DNA of 62,940 nucleotides, filler included, from Octopus bimaculoides (Eukaryota): assembly GCF_001194135.2 (NCBI RefSeq). It is 5 parts of 5 records of this genome, joined end to end, with 100 filler letters (N's around TTAATTAATTAA, not from the genome) between each part and the next. Parts side by side here need not be neighbours in the genome. Positions count along the whole stretch, not along the records: positions 28,751 to 53,094 come from NC_068985.1; 4 more parts are not named here. One strand, given 5' to 3'. This document shows, piece by piece, positions 28,707-40,374 of the stretch; position 1 is the stretch's first letter, and every line of letters begins with the position of its first letter. The notes beneath the pieces were generated by a model. That model saw nothing but the letters and a program-made list of their open reading frames with translations, searched no databases and was not told where the DNA came from. A program made the position numbers and the translations under genes.

Positions 28707-29186
28707 NNNNNNNNNNNNNNNNNNNNNNNNNNNNNNNNNNNNNNNNNNNNCCTAACCCTTAATAAAATATGGGAAAAGCTGGAGATGAATGTTTTGAAAA
28801 CATTCTGAACTACCTTTCAGAATGGTTTACTTTTCAATGAAATGTCATTTTGTTATTTTTCATGTTTTTATTCAATTAATCTGCAATTTTCTTCTTGTAT
28901 TAGATGGATAACCCACCCTCCATTTACAGCAAGTAGCGAGCGTCTCGTTTTTTTACCTGTGTGCTAAATTTGACTACTTACGACTAACATGGGTGCATGC
29001 GCAAATTTGTGACATGCACACTTCTCCAGTAGTGCTAAATTTTGAAACTGAGTTTGCACCCCCTAAGCAAATTTTGTTCCCGGGCCACTGTGTATATGTA
29101 TATATAATGGAGACCACTAGGTGGACGGCTTATGAGGTGGGGGTTGGGGAGTTTTGGGCACCTGTCTGTTTGTGTTATTGTCTGTG

Positions 29187-30044
29187 TCAGGAGGGATGAC
29201 TGCAGGGTGAGGGTTTGACAGTATGGGATCGGGTGGAAGTAGGGTGAGGATTCACACTTTTCCTCAAACCTTTTTTTAGTTTTCCTCCTTCTTTTAGCTT
29301 GTGTCTATTCCTGCTCTTCTTTCTTCCCAGGTTCCTCCTCGCTTGTAGGAGGGCATTCTGACTTAATGTGGCTCTTTTCCCCACATTTAAAACACCTGGG
29401 CGTCCTATTCTCTACCATGACTATCATCTTGATGTCACCGTCGACCATAATGGTCTCCACAATCCTTTCTAGATCTTTGGAGCGGCCTGGATCACCATTT
29501 CCAGGCTCTGTCCTTGCCAATTTCTTGTCGGCACTCTTTTTGCCTGGAGGACCAAAATCTGGTCCTCCATACCAAGTAGGATGGTGTCTACCAGCCAGGC
29601 AGCATCCACCTCAGGAGGGATCTCATCAACCCTTACCTGAGAAGCACGCCCTCTCGGGTAAATGGGTAGTACCACCTCTTCCGTCTTGAGGGGAGTAATG
29701 GCATGCTGCCTGGCCACAGCCTCGGACGCAAACAGCACCTCCACCGTTGCGCACTTTCTCTCTCTAGCTAGGTAATCCACCTCTTTCCAAACAGGCTGCA
29801 GAACCTTTTCCACTTCAGCTCTCGTAGCCACCTCTATCCGATGCAGTCTTACATTGTATGTTCTATACAACACCGTTCTTTTGGCTGTCCATTCGGTAGT
29901 TTCCCTGGGAGGCGATACCTTGACATTGTTCCTCTCCCTTTTCATCATTTCTTGGAATCTCTCAATTCCCTCCAAACACACATCTTCAGACTGCCGTCTC
30001 ACCGCCTCTGCGAAACTCCTCCTTTCTGTCTTGTTGCTTGTCAA
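29187..30044 (-). mobile_element. L1/Tx1-clade LINE ORF1 (gag-like, CCHC knuckle), disrupted
   Basis: ORF 29469-30044 starts ...RRSFAEAVRR; a shifted frame (29305-29520) has RTPRCFKCGEKSHIKSECP (CX2CX4HX4C), followed by a basic Lys/Arg-rich tail. Confidence 0.75.
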
Positions 30045-30660
30045 AATGAGCAGGAAATCCTCTCTACACCAGATGATTGATGAGGAAACATTCGATCCCC
30101 TAGGACCTGTGCTGGTAAAGGAAAGGTCAGTCCTTTGTTTAGGGTTTGACCTACATTACTGACCATAATCTATATAACAGAGAGAATTTCCTATCTCTTC
30201 CTCTTATGTGTCAGCTATGACCAAGGAGCAATACCCGCTCTTTCGTGTCAGTCAGACCAAGGAGCAACACTTCTCTTTGCCCTTCACTCAACATGCAAAG
30301 AGAGGCTTTCAGCCGCAAGAAAAACGATGCCACCTCTATCCTTTCTTCCTTTCTAGTCAGCACCGTGCATTCCTTACTCTTTCACTCAGTACTGACAGAC
30401 AACCTTTTTCTACACTATCAGCTACTAATAAGCGAGCCAATCTTGGCACTGTCACTAGTATTGTTACTGTCTCTTTAAATACCTGTCGGGCAAACAGATC
30501 AATATAGGTAAATAATATTTCTTCCTTCTTGGTGTTGATTCTTCGATGTTCACTGGTCACTCCGACGCGAGAACCTTAAAGCGTTACATCTACACGCTAC
30601 ATAAAGTAGAGGGCTACCTCATATCGACCTGATATGACACATCACATCCAACCCGCTACA
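30030..30660 (-). mobile_element. About 620-bp LTR-like repeat, copy A
   Basis: Reverse-complement homologue of 39639-40252 over its whole length; begins TGTAGC on the minus strand and abuts the LINE ORF1 start. Confidence 0.7.
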
Positions 30661-30689
30661 CATCTGTCCCTAAATAACACTGTTTAAAG

Positions 30690-31000
30690 GCACCGAACAA
30701 ACCGGTAGCGGTTGTGCGTTACTTTATTAAGGCACCGGTAGTGTTTGTGCCAATGGCCTAAGTCATGGGCATTGGCTCTTCCTTCAGACCAATCTGAAAA
30801 ATCAAATAACAACTGAACTTTTATCTATTGATCCATGTTCTTTTACTACTTTTAGTCGTTCACCTGCAGCCTTGCCGATTAAATACTGCGTCATCTTCAC
30901 AGTATTTAATTGGGTTACTTTAGGAGAAATTTAAAGCTTTCTATTTAGTGAATACCTTGCATAACTAATGCTACACAAGGGACGTAACTCGACTGAGTAA
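30690..31000 (+). promoter_or_regulatory. Putative promoter and non-coding first exon (CCAAT-box cluster)
   Basis: CCAAT 30750-30754, ATTGG 30771-30775 and CCAAT 30789-30793 within 45 bp; repeated AAGGCACCG/CCGGTAG motif upstream; candidate donors C|GTAACT and A|GTAAAT near 30984-30998; CpG depletion begins just downstream. Confidence 0.4.
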
Positions 31001-32563
31001 ATACCACATGGCATTTTTGTTCCCTTCTCTGACACATATACACATTCGTTTAACTAGATTATGGCAGGAAGATAAGCTTACTCAAAATAGCCTCCTTTGG
31101 CTTTCACCACGGCTACATGTAATCCTCACAGTGTCCCTGAGGAGGTCTTTGAACACTGCCTTGATCTTGGTTTTATTTTTAAAACATTTTAAAAATAACA
31201 ACTGAGAGACAAATTTATGAAGTATATTGAATAAACCATTTTGCGAGTTCTAATAATACATATATTTTATAATATAATGTATATATATGTTGCTATGCAT
31301 GGGTCAGATAGAATTTGGGATAGATTTTTTTAAGGCCAGATGCCCTTCCTGTCACCAACCCTCACACATATACATATATGTTGTTTGGGCAAAATTTGAT
31401 GATCTTTTATATTCCCTTTTTTTCACGAATAGCTTGATGTATTGGTTGACAGTCAATGGTATTGGAGAGCATAAAGATTAAAGCTGTAGTTGAGAAAAAC
31501 TTAGCTGAGATGAAGGACTGGAAGCCATTTGAATATTGGTAAAGTGTTACAAGAATCTTAGATCGTTTGCCTACAAAATATTGTATGATGCTTTTATCTG
31601 GAATGTATAATAATAAATTCTAACATTTGATCTAACTGGACAAAAATTCTAACACTCAATCCCAAAACAGATTTAATTTGTGTAACTTAAGAAATCACTT
31701 GAAATTTGGCAGCAAAAAAAGCGAAGCAAACCAAATCAAAGTAGGATTAATAAAGGTGAATTGAACCCAATGAATATGTTTCTGAATCAACTGTGGACCC
31801 ATGCCTTCTGCAGATTTATTGATGAATTTCTAGATAGCAAACTTAATTCTACAGGCCTTGGTTTAGCTCTCCTGAGAATGTTATCAGCAATAGACTGATA
31901 TCCTACCTTGATTTCTTTCCTGATAAACAGTAACATTTCCAAAGTTACACATAAGCTTTAACAATCTACAGAGTTCAAGATATTTACATTTATCAGTTGA
32001 AATAAATCTAGGAGAGTAGATATTCAAAGAAAATAATAGTACACAGCCAAAGTAAGAGTGAACATATTTAGCTACACTAACGCTGTAGGATAGAAATCAT
32101 TGAGATAGGGTGCAGTAATTCAAGCAATTCTATTCACTTCACTCAAAGTCTAATATACAAAGATCGTTAAAGTAATATTTTGGTGACACTTGCTTACAAC
32201 TATTACATGATGTTAAGGCAAGGAAACTGTAACACACATGTATGCACACTGAACGACACCTGTTGTTAATGTCCAGTTATTTACATTTGTATTTGTGTAC
32301 CATCTACTCCATTCTTTAACTCTTGTGTTCTTATTCACATACCTGGCAACCCTGGTTGTCTACCTTGAATTATAAAAAAGAATTTATTTCAGCTTATCGC
32401 ACTCTTCAATACAAAAAATTCCACACAATCTTCCACTTCAATAAATCACTATTGTTCCTGAAAGTTGTTTTTTATATTCACTATGGATTGCTTGAAGCTA
32501 TAACTTTCTTTCTACACCTTGATCCCTGGCTCTTATATTGTTATATACGTATGTCTTTTTTTA

Positions 32564-32755
32564 CTGGTGAAAGCCGGTTTATAGCATTATCCTGGGTTTC
32601 TTACCATCAAGAGTACCTTTATGGCATATGTTCAGACCCTAAGACCTGTTGGCCTATGGTCTCTTTAAAATAGGTTTTAAAGTCTGAGGATACACCATAA
32701 AGGTACCCTTGATGGCAAGAAACCCAAAGTAATCCTATAAACTGGCCTTCACCAG
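32564..32755. mobile_element. 192-bp fold-back MITE with TA target duplication
   Basis: TA|CTGGTGAA...TTCACCAG|TA; two arms of about 90 bp that are reverse complements at roughly 80% identity around a short loop. Confidence 0.8.
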
Positions 32756-34975
32756 TAATTAATATAGACTGTTTTACTTCTTAGAGTGTGCTTCTTCTCC
32801 AGATTTGTTTTTCTAAAAAAAACGATACATATATAAACACACACACACACGAACATATGACAGGCCTCTCTCAGTTTCTGCCTACCAAATCCATTTACAA
32901 AGCTTTCAGTGATCTGGGGGTTACAGGAAAAAAAAACTTGCTCTAGGTGCCATGCAGTGAGACTGAACTCAAAACCATGTAGTTGGGAAGCAAACTTCTT
33001 CCAACAAAGCCATGCCTTCACCTAACATAAATTTCAGATTTCCTTTTAAAAAAATGCTGGTGAGTGCCATATAGCCCAAGGCTATCTAAACGCTTCTGTT
33101 TTGAAAATGATTATCCAAAAGTAAAAGTGATTCAAACTCCAATGGCTAGTTATAGCTAAGTAAATATTAGGCCAGGGCCATTGCCAGACTTTGGTACCTG
33201 GGTGTGCCTCAGAATATTTTGAGTGGACACTAATTTGTAATAATGCTAAAGTGGAGTAAACCTGAGGGTGCACCATTGAATAGTGAGGAGGCAGTGCTGT
33301 CCAGTGCACCCCCTTAGCAATGGACAGGCATTGGGGAATTTGCTCATTAAAATTAGTAGTATTTTTCTTTATCATCTATGGAGTGATGAACTATTAAGTT
33401 AGTTCTCAAACAGATTTTTGCTCATTACCATAAGTTTCAAATAGCATAAGGTACTAGGTAATCAAATCCCCCCCCCAAAAAAAAACAGTAATAGAGATTA
33501 ATGATGGTTTCTAGTTTAAGAACAAAGCTAGCAATTCTGTGGAGAAGGGTTTAGTCAATATCATCAAACCCAGTAGTTTGCTAATTTGTCTTATCAACCC
33601 TAAAAGAATGGAAGGCAAAGTTGAACCTGGAAGGATTTGAACTCAGAACAAAAAGAACCTGAATAAATGGTGCAAGGCATTTTTCCAACACTGTAACAAT
33701 TCTACCAGTCAGCCACCTTAGTTATATGGAATAATAATAACTAATGAGATCTGTGAATATTTCATGGTAAACCTATTGGGTTATTTCTGAAAACTTTATC
33801 CCAAAATCCTGAAAGTGTATCCTGTGTTGTGTCTGTTTGGAAAGATAGTCGCTCATCTGCTGCTCATTGAAAAGTGAAAAAAATTGGAATATGATGATTA
33901 CTTAATGCACTTTATATATACACTTTATATACTTTATGCACAATTTTATAGACTTAATACACAGCACTCATAAAATATTCACTTTTATTTTCCCATTTTC
34001 TCCATAAACAAAAGAAATATCCCATACATATGATACAACCTTTTGTTAAATTGCATATATCTACCACGTAAATAAGTGTGAATATTTCATGGAATTGCAC
34101 TTATGCACATGTGTTAAGTGACAGGTGATATAAAAAATGTAGTTCAATTAATAAAAAAAAAACACACTTTTCACTATACAATCACCACTGCAACCCCCAC
34201 ACCACTACCTCCACCTTCCTCTCTACCACCATCACCATTATCTCTCTCTGTCTTTCTAACTCTCTTTCTCTATATCACTACCTTGAACTAACTTTTTTAA
34301 CCATGTAATAAATATGTTCCTCCTACCTCACATATAGCCATCTGAAAATATACACTACTCAAATCTTACAATGGTAGCACCCTATTTGATGGGGGTAGGT
34401 ATGAGCTCACAAAAGGGCAGCAAATGTCATAGAGGTGTTGTGTTTTAGACGTGTCATAATTTTTCTTAGAAAATAAACCAAGTACAATACTTATATTTTC
34501 GTTTTTAAATCTTTGACGAGATTAACATTTGAATAAGATATTGTGTTATCAGTGAGCAGAAACATCGTTATATAAGTTTTCACCTTCTTAAGCAATTTCC
34601 ATAAAGATTTAACATTTGGGTCACTAGTATAAATAAATATCTTAAAAGAGATACATACCAAATGAGACAGTAAAAGAAAATGTGAATTATATCAGATCAC
34701 TGTACAAAATTAGCGTGTTTGATTAAAATTTTTGAAAACAAAAAATATGAGATAGAGTAAAATGCTATTCCATGAAACGGCACAGATCCACAAAAGTTTG
34801 TGAAATACTCATCGCAGATCAATCTTTCAGCTGTTTACACAAAATCTCTTCATTTTCAAACCCCTCTAAAACATGTTGATAGAGAAAAATAAACACATGA
34901 GACAGATTATATGCAGTTTATTTTCTGAAATGAATGACAACAGTTGGCAGACTGAAACTCAGGTTTTAAATATAC

Positions 34976-36030
34976 CATCATCGATTAACGTCCGTTTTCC
35001 ATACTGGCATGGGTTGGATGGTTTGACTGAGGTCTGGAGAGCCAGTGGCTGCACCAGGCTCCAATCTGATCTGGCAATGTTTCTACAGCTGGATGCCCTT
35101 CCTAACACCAACCACTTTGAGAGTGTAGTGGGTACTTTTTACATACCACCGGCACAGGAGCCAGTCATGCGGACCTGGCAACAATTATGTGTTCAGATGG
35201 TGCTTTTTACATGTCATCGACACAGGAGCCTGTCAGGAGGTACTGGCATCGGTCACGATCAGTTGGTGCTTTCTATGTGCCACCAGCATGGGTAGCCAGT
35301 CAGGTGAACCATGTTCAGTTGGTACTTTTTACATACCACCACCACAGGATCCAGTCAGGGGGCACTGGCCCCAGCTACGATTTTGGTTTTACTTGACTCA
35401 ACAGGTCTTCTCAAGCATATCATATCACCCAATGCATCAGAGGTATTCTTAACAGGGCCAGACATGTGTAGCTGTGATTTCACTTTAGTTGCCAGGTCTT
35501 CTCAATCATAGCATATCTCTAAAGATCTTGGTCTCCTGTCATTGCCTCTGTGTGGCCCAGTGTTCGAAGGTCGTGCCTCACCACCTCATCCCATGTCTTC
35601 CTGGGTCTACCTCTTCCACAGGTTCCTTCTACAGTTAGAGAGTGGCACTTTGTCACACAGCTGTCTTCATTCATACATAACATATAGCCATACCAGCGCA
35701 GTTGCCTCTCTTGCACACCACATTTGATGCTTCTTGTGCCCAACTTTTCTCTCAGGGCACTTACACTACATTGTGTATGCACACTGACATTACACATCCA
35801 GTGGATCAGACTAGCTTCATTTCTTTCAAAACTATGCATGTCCTCAGCATTCAAGACCCACATTTCACTGCAGTGTAGCATGCCAGTTTGCACACATGCA
35901 TCATACAGTTTACCTTTCACTCTGAGTGAGAGGCCCTTCATTGCCAGCAGAGGTAGGAGCTCTCTGAACTTTGCCCAGGCTATTCTTATCCTAGTTGCTA
36001 CACTCTCAGAGCAACCGCCCACACTACAGA
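34976..36030 (-). mobile_element. RTE LINE 3' portion
   Basis: ORF 35519-36022: GGCSESVATRIRIAWAKFRELLPLL...KGKLYDACV...MLHCSEMW...RLRWYG...GRGRPRKTWDEVV, followed by a tandem-repeat 3' UTR and (GAT)n tail. Confidence 0.9.
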
Positions 36031-36059
36031 CTTGGTCGCCTAGGAGAGAAAAAAATTTG

Positions 36060-36200
36060 CCAATGTTCTACACCACAAGGACCAAAGACTTGCAGTATTT
36101 TGTGTTGCAAGACAGTGTGTGAGAGAGAATCATGATGTCGTAGGAGAGAAATGTGTCCCCATGGATGATGGTTCACTTGCATTAAATGAGGCTGCAAAGA
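36060..36200 (+). mobile_element. Inverted RTE ORF2 fragment (pre-RT linker)
   Basis: RENHDVVGEKCVPMDDGSLALNEAAKRE on plus; homologous to 36650-36765 on minus. Confidence 0.75.
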
Positions 36201-36204
36201 GAGA

Positions 36205-37260
36205 GTTGTGTATGCACACTGACATTACACACCCAGTGGAGCATACTGGCTTCATTCCTTGCAAGCCTACGCTTGTCCTCAGCAGTCACGGCCCATGTTT
36301 CACTGCCATGTAGCATGGCTGTACACACACATGCATCACCTTTACCTTGGTAGTAGTTGACTATGGTGCTGCTACACCAGTCATTGGTTATGACTCCTCC
36401 ATAAACCACCTGATTTACAATGCGAGAGGCTAGGCCATAACCCACACTGCCCGATATTTTAAGCATCCCAGCAGTGATTCCTGATGGGCCAGGTGCTTTC
36501 CCTGTCTTCATATCCTTAATTACTTTATCTACCTGGGTACTGTCGATTCGGATAGCTGGTCCCTCAATTCGGTCAACCTTTGGCAGACTCACCTCCTCCC
36601 ATTCATTCTCCACATTCAGCAGTCTTTCATAATGGCTTCTCCACACCTTTGTCTTTGCAGAATCATTAAAAGCAAGGGCACCATCATCCATGCAGACACA
36701 TTTCTCTCCTATGACATCATGGTTTTCTCTCACACACTGTCTTGCAATCTGAAATACTTCAGTTCTCTGGTCCTCACGTCACTGAATATTGGCAAACTTC
36801 TTTTCAGCTACTTGGCTACATATACCTGTCTCTTATCTTCCCTTTTGCCAATCTGATACATTCTCCTGCTACCCCCACTCTTCCAGGCACTCCAAGCCTG
36901 TTTCTTTGTTCTAATGGCCCTCTCTACTGTATTGTTCCACCACCATGTTACCTTAGGTGAGTGCCACAGATTTGGTCTGTGGCACTCAGCAAGCTGTCTC
37001 ACAGAAATTCCTGGCTTTCTTCTATGTCAGGAATTCCCGGCTTTCTTCTATGTCACAGGACTGTAGTTCCTCCTCCGTATCATCAAATTTCTCGATAAGG
37101 ATATCCCTAAATCTCTGACCATATGAAGGATTCCTAAGCTTCCAAGTCCTTCTTTTCCAGATTGGTCTGCTTTTTGGTATCCTTCTGGCCTTGAGTCTAA
37201 AGTCACTAATAACTAGTCTATGTTGTGGGGTACATTCTTCACCAGGGAGGGTACCACCTG
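36205..37260 (-). mobile_element. RTE ORF2 fragment with in-frame deletion of the RT core
   Basis: EECTPQHRLVISDF...KTGKAPGPSGITAGMLK...WCSSTIVNYYQGKGDA joined in frame to CVCTAMLHGSETW (ORF 36182-36733). Confidence 0.8.
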
Positions 37261-37884
37261 ATTGGCATTCATGCCAGTGGAACGTTAAAAGCACATCCGA
37301 ACATGGAGTGTAACCGGCCCACTTATGAGTACCCCTCATTCATTAGACAATGAATTTTGCTTGTGAAGACCTATTGAGGCAAGTGTATACAAATCAAAAT
37401 CGCTGATGTGGCCGTTGACAGTACCGCCTGATTGGCACTCATGCCAGTGGAACGTTAAAAGCACATCCGAGCATGATCGTTGCCAGGGCCACGGATTGGC
37501 TCCCGTGCTGGTGGCACGTGAAAAGCACCATTTGAGCATGATCGTTGCCAGTGTCGCTTTACCGGCACATGTGCTGGTGGCATGTGAAAAACAACATTCA
37601 AGCGTGGTCGTTGCCAGTGCTGCCAAACTGGCTCCCATGCAGGAAGCATGTAGAAACACCTTTTGAGCGTGGTCGCTGCCAGAACCGCATGACTGACCCT
37701 CGTGCAGGTGGCACGTAAAAGCACCCACTACACTCTCCGAGTGGTTGGCGTTAGGAAGGGCATCCAGCTGTAGAAACCTTGCCAGATCAGATTGGGCCTG
37801 GTGCAGCCGCTGGCTCACCAGTCTTCAGTCAAACCGTCCAACCCATGCCAGCATGGAAAGCGGACGTAAAACGATGATGATGAT
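37250..37884 (+). mobile_element. RTE 3' UTR and tail, CpG-rich (young)
   Basis: Tandem GTGGCACG/AAAAGCAC-type units, then GGCGTTAGGAAGGGCATCCAGCTGTAGAAAC...GGACGTAAAACGATGATGATG. Confidence 0.8.
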
Positions 37885-38211
37885 ATTAATATATGTTAAA
37901 TTTCATACGGGCATATGGTGCATTAACTCCAATTTTTGTCAAACAGTTGAGTCTTCCCTGGGATGAAACATTATAAACTACCATATTTCTCTGAAAATCT
38001 AATAATTTTTGTATGGTATCTAACTGCTCAGAGATGTATCAAAATGCCTGTAAATAAGAACCAAATAAGTTGTGTATTTCCCTTTTAAAAAGAAAAGAAA
38101 TACATTTAACCAATCAGTTACAGATAAAATAATTAGTTGCATCGTCCTCAATAGATATCTCAGCCATCAGGGGGAAGTAACTCCAAATTTTATACCATCT
38201 GAGTGGCAAGA

Positions 38212-38395
38212 ATGGCTTGTAATCATCTTGGTAAACTTTTGTTGAATAGATCTATACTTTTCCTGTGTGATATGCAGGAAAAGTTTAGACCAACTATTCA
38301 ATATTTTCCCCAGATAGTGGAAGTATCTGCAAGAATGTTAAGTGCTGCGAAAATTCTTGATATGCCTGTTATAGTGACCGAGCAATATCCTAAAG
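38212..38395 (+). CDS. ISOC2: Isochorismatase domain-containing protein (ISOC2-like), coding exon 1 of 4
   Basis: ATG at 38212 encodes [62 protein letters not shown]; the [10 protein letters not shown] and TEQYPKG motifs are recognisable ISOC1/ISOC2 motifs. In-frame TGA just upstream (38200-38202). Phase-1 donor G|GTTAGT at 38396. Confidence 0.95.
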
Positions 38396-38595
38396 GTTAG
38401 TGTAAATTTTATCCTTGGCAGTTTCTTCGTAATATTTCATTTGCTGAATTGTAAAAAAATTACTATAAAACACGGATTGTTTTTATTCAAGAAATGTATT
38501 TTTTTCTATGTATTTTTCTTTTGATAAGTTATACACATTGAATGACATGTTATTCATACACATTGAAGGTTACTGAGTTTACCAATAGTATAAAC

Positions 38596-38766
38596 CAGTG
38601 CTCCGCAACCCTTTTTCATTCGCGGTACAGATATTCTTTTCAGAATTGGGCGGCACACCCGAACTACAAATATACGGAAATAATTATATTCAGGTGACAC
38701 TGCCGCATACCTAGCACTGTCTTGTGGCACTCCAGTGTGCCGCAGAATACTGTGTGCGGAGCACTG
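38596..38766. mobile_element. 171-bp hAT (Buster/Charlie-type) MITE
   Basis: TIRs CAGTGCTCCGCA / TGCGGAGCACTG with a perfect 8-bp TSD GTATAAAC on both sides (central TA, as in Buster-type hATs). Confidence 0.9.
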
Positions 38767-39587
38767 GTATAAACTGGTCAGATTGCACGGTTTGTTTCAG
38801 ATACGTTTTCAGTGAGTTTTGTTACCCTGTAATAATTACATGGCCATGATTTAAGCTAACCCACTGGTATAACAAGTACTGGTCTCTCTACTTTGGGGAA
38901 CTTTACTATAATTTAAGAAAAAGTTCGAAGTTCATCGACCCTATTACGTAAATTTGTTGATGTATCAATACGTGAGTTTATCGACCAAACAATGCAATGA
39001 AGTCGATAAAATAAAAATAAAGCACCAGTCAAGAAATGGGGTTTATATTAATTCGACTATCACCTTCCTCCAAATTTTAGACGGTGTAAGAAATCGTTAT
39101 AAAACATGGCACATCACATCCAGCTTGGAGCCGTTGAATAGTAAATAGAAAGTCCCTCAACCGGTTAGAAATAGCAACCAAATCTACTTCGAATTACAGG
39201 TCAAACTAAAGCACCGTTTTGAAAGAGAGAGCCACAACTTGTAGATAATAAATTATCGTTGGATATATCTGAAAATTGCTGCATATTGACCATTTAATGT
39301 TGTTTCACACGTAACATTGATTAAAAACAAGCTAATTAGTATAGGTGTAACAGGGAAAGGGAAAGGAAGTCTTGCCCAGGTAAAGTTATCGAGTTATTTG
39401 ACTTAGCGATTCTCGAACTAACGAAAATAAGTCAACCAAAAAAGGTATTAGTGAAATTTTTTTACCATCCCCTCTTTAATAATGAGAAGACAAAATAAAG
39501 TTTGCTTTCATATAATTCTGTTCTCGGTGCTAATGCAGAATCGCACCTCTCCTGGAAAAATACCTTTTTTTTTTTTTTTAAAACAAA

Positions 39588-40374
39588 TTTGGTACTACTT
39601 AAATACAGAGGTCCCGATGCATCTACGCAACCCTAACATGTAGCCGGCTGAATGTGATGTGCCGTATCAATTCGATTATAAGGTAGCCCACTACTGAATG
39701 TAGCGTATAAATGTAACGCTTCAAGGTTCTCGCGTCGGAGTACCAATAAACATCGAAGAATCAACACCAAGAAGGAAGAAATATTATTTACATATGTTTA
39801 TTCGTTTGGCCGACATGTAGTTAAAGAGACAGTAGCAATTCTGGTGATAGTGACATGGTTGGTTCGCTGATTAGTAGTTGATAATGTAGAAAAAGGTTGT
39901 CTGTCAGTATAGAGTGAAAGAGTAAGGAATGCACGGTGCTGATCAGAAAAGAAGAAAGGATAAAGGCGGCATCGCCTTTCTTGCAGCCGAAGGCCTCTCT
40001 TCAAATGTCGAGCGAAGGGAAGTGCTGCTCTTGGTTAAGGCTGGCGCAAAAGAGCATGTTGCTCTTTGGTCATAGTTAACACATAAAAGGAAGAGCTAGG
40101 AAATTCTCTGTTATATAGACTAATGTAGGTTAAACCCTTAACAAAGGACTGACCTTTCCTTGACTAGCACAGATTCTAGGGGATCGAGTGTTTCCTCATC
40201 AATCATCTGGTGTGGAGAGGATTTCCTGCTCGTTTTGACAAAAAACAAGCAGGTGGATTTGGTTTCAAATCTCTAGCAGGGTCACGCTAGATGCCTATAA
40301 ACCCTAACTCTAACAAGTGGGCACTGTAAGAAAAGATCGTTACATCGGGACTTCTGTATTTAAATAGTGCCAAA
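39588..40374. mobile_element. Cassette bounded by 34-bp inverted repeats (non-autonomous DNA element)
   Basis: 39588-39621 TTTGGTACTACTTAAATACAGAGGTCCCGATGCA versus revcomp of 40341-40374 TTTGGCACTATTTAAATACAGAAGTCCCGATGTA (30/34); AACCCTAAC motifs just inside both ends. Confidence 0.6.
39639..40252 (+). mobile_element. About 610-bp LTR-like repeat, copy B (in ISOC2 intron)
   Basis: Starts TGTAGCCGG, has internal AATAAA, ends near ...ACAAGCA; shares long blocks (e.g. GGTTCTCGCGTCGGAGT, CATCGAAGAATCAACACCAAGAAGGAAGAAA) with copy A. Confidence 0.7.

Noticed and set aside
35150-37730. Regularly spaced short repeats with variable spacers that superficially resemble a CRISPR array
   Set aside because: They are the degenerate tandem units of the RTE 3' UTR, recur in every RTE tail here, and the DNA is eukaryotic with no cas genes.
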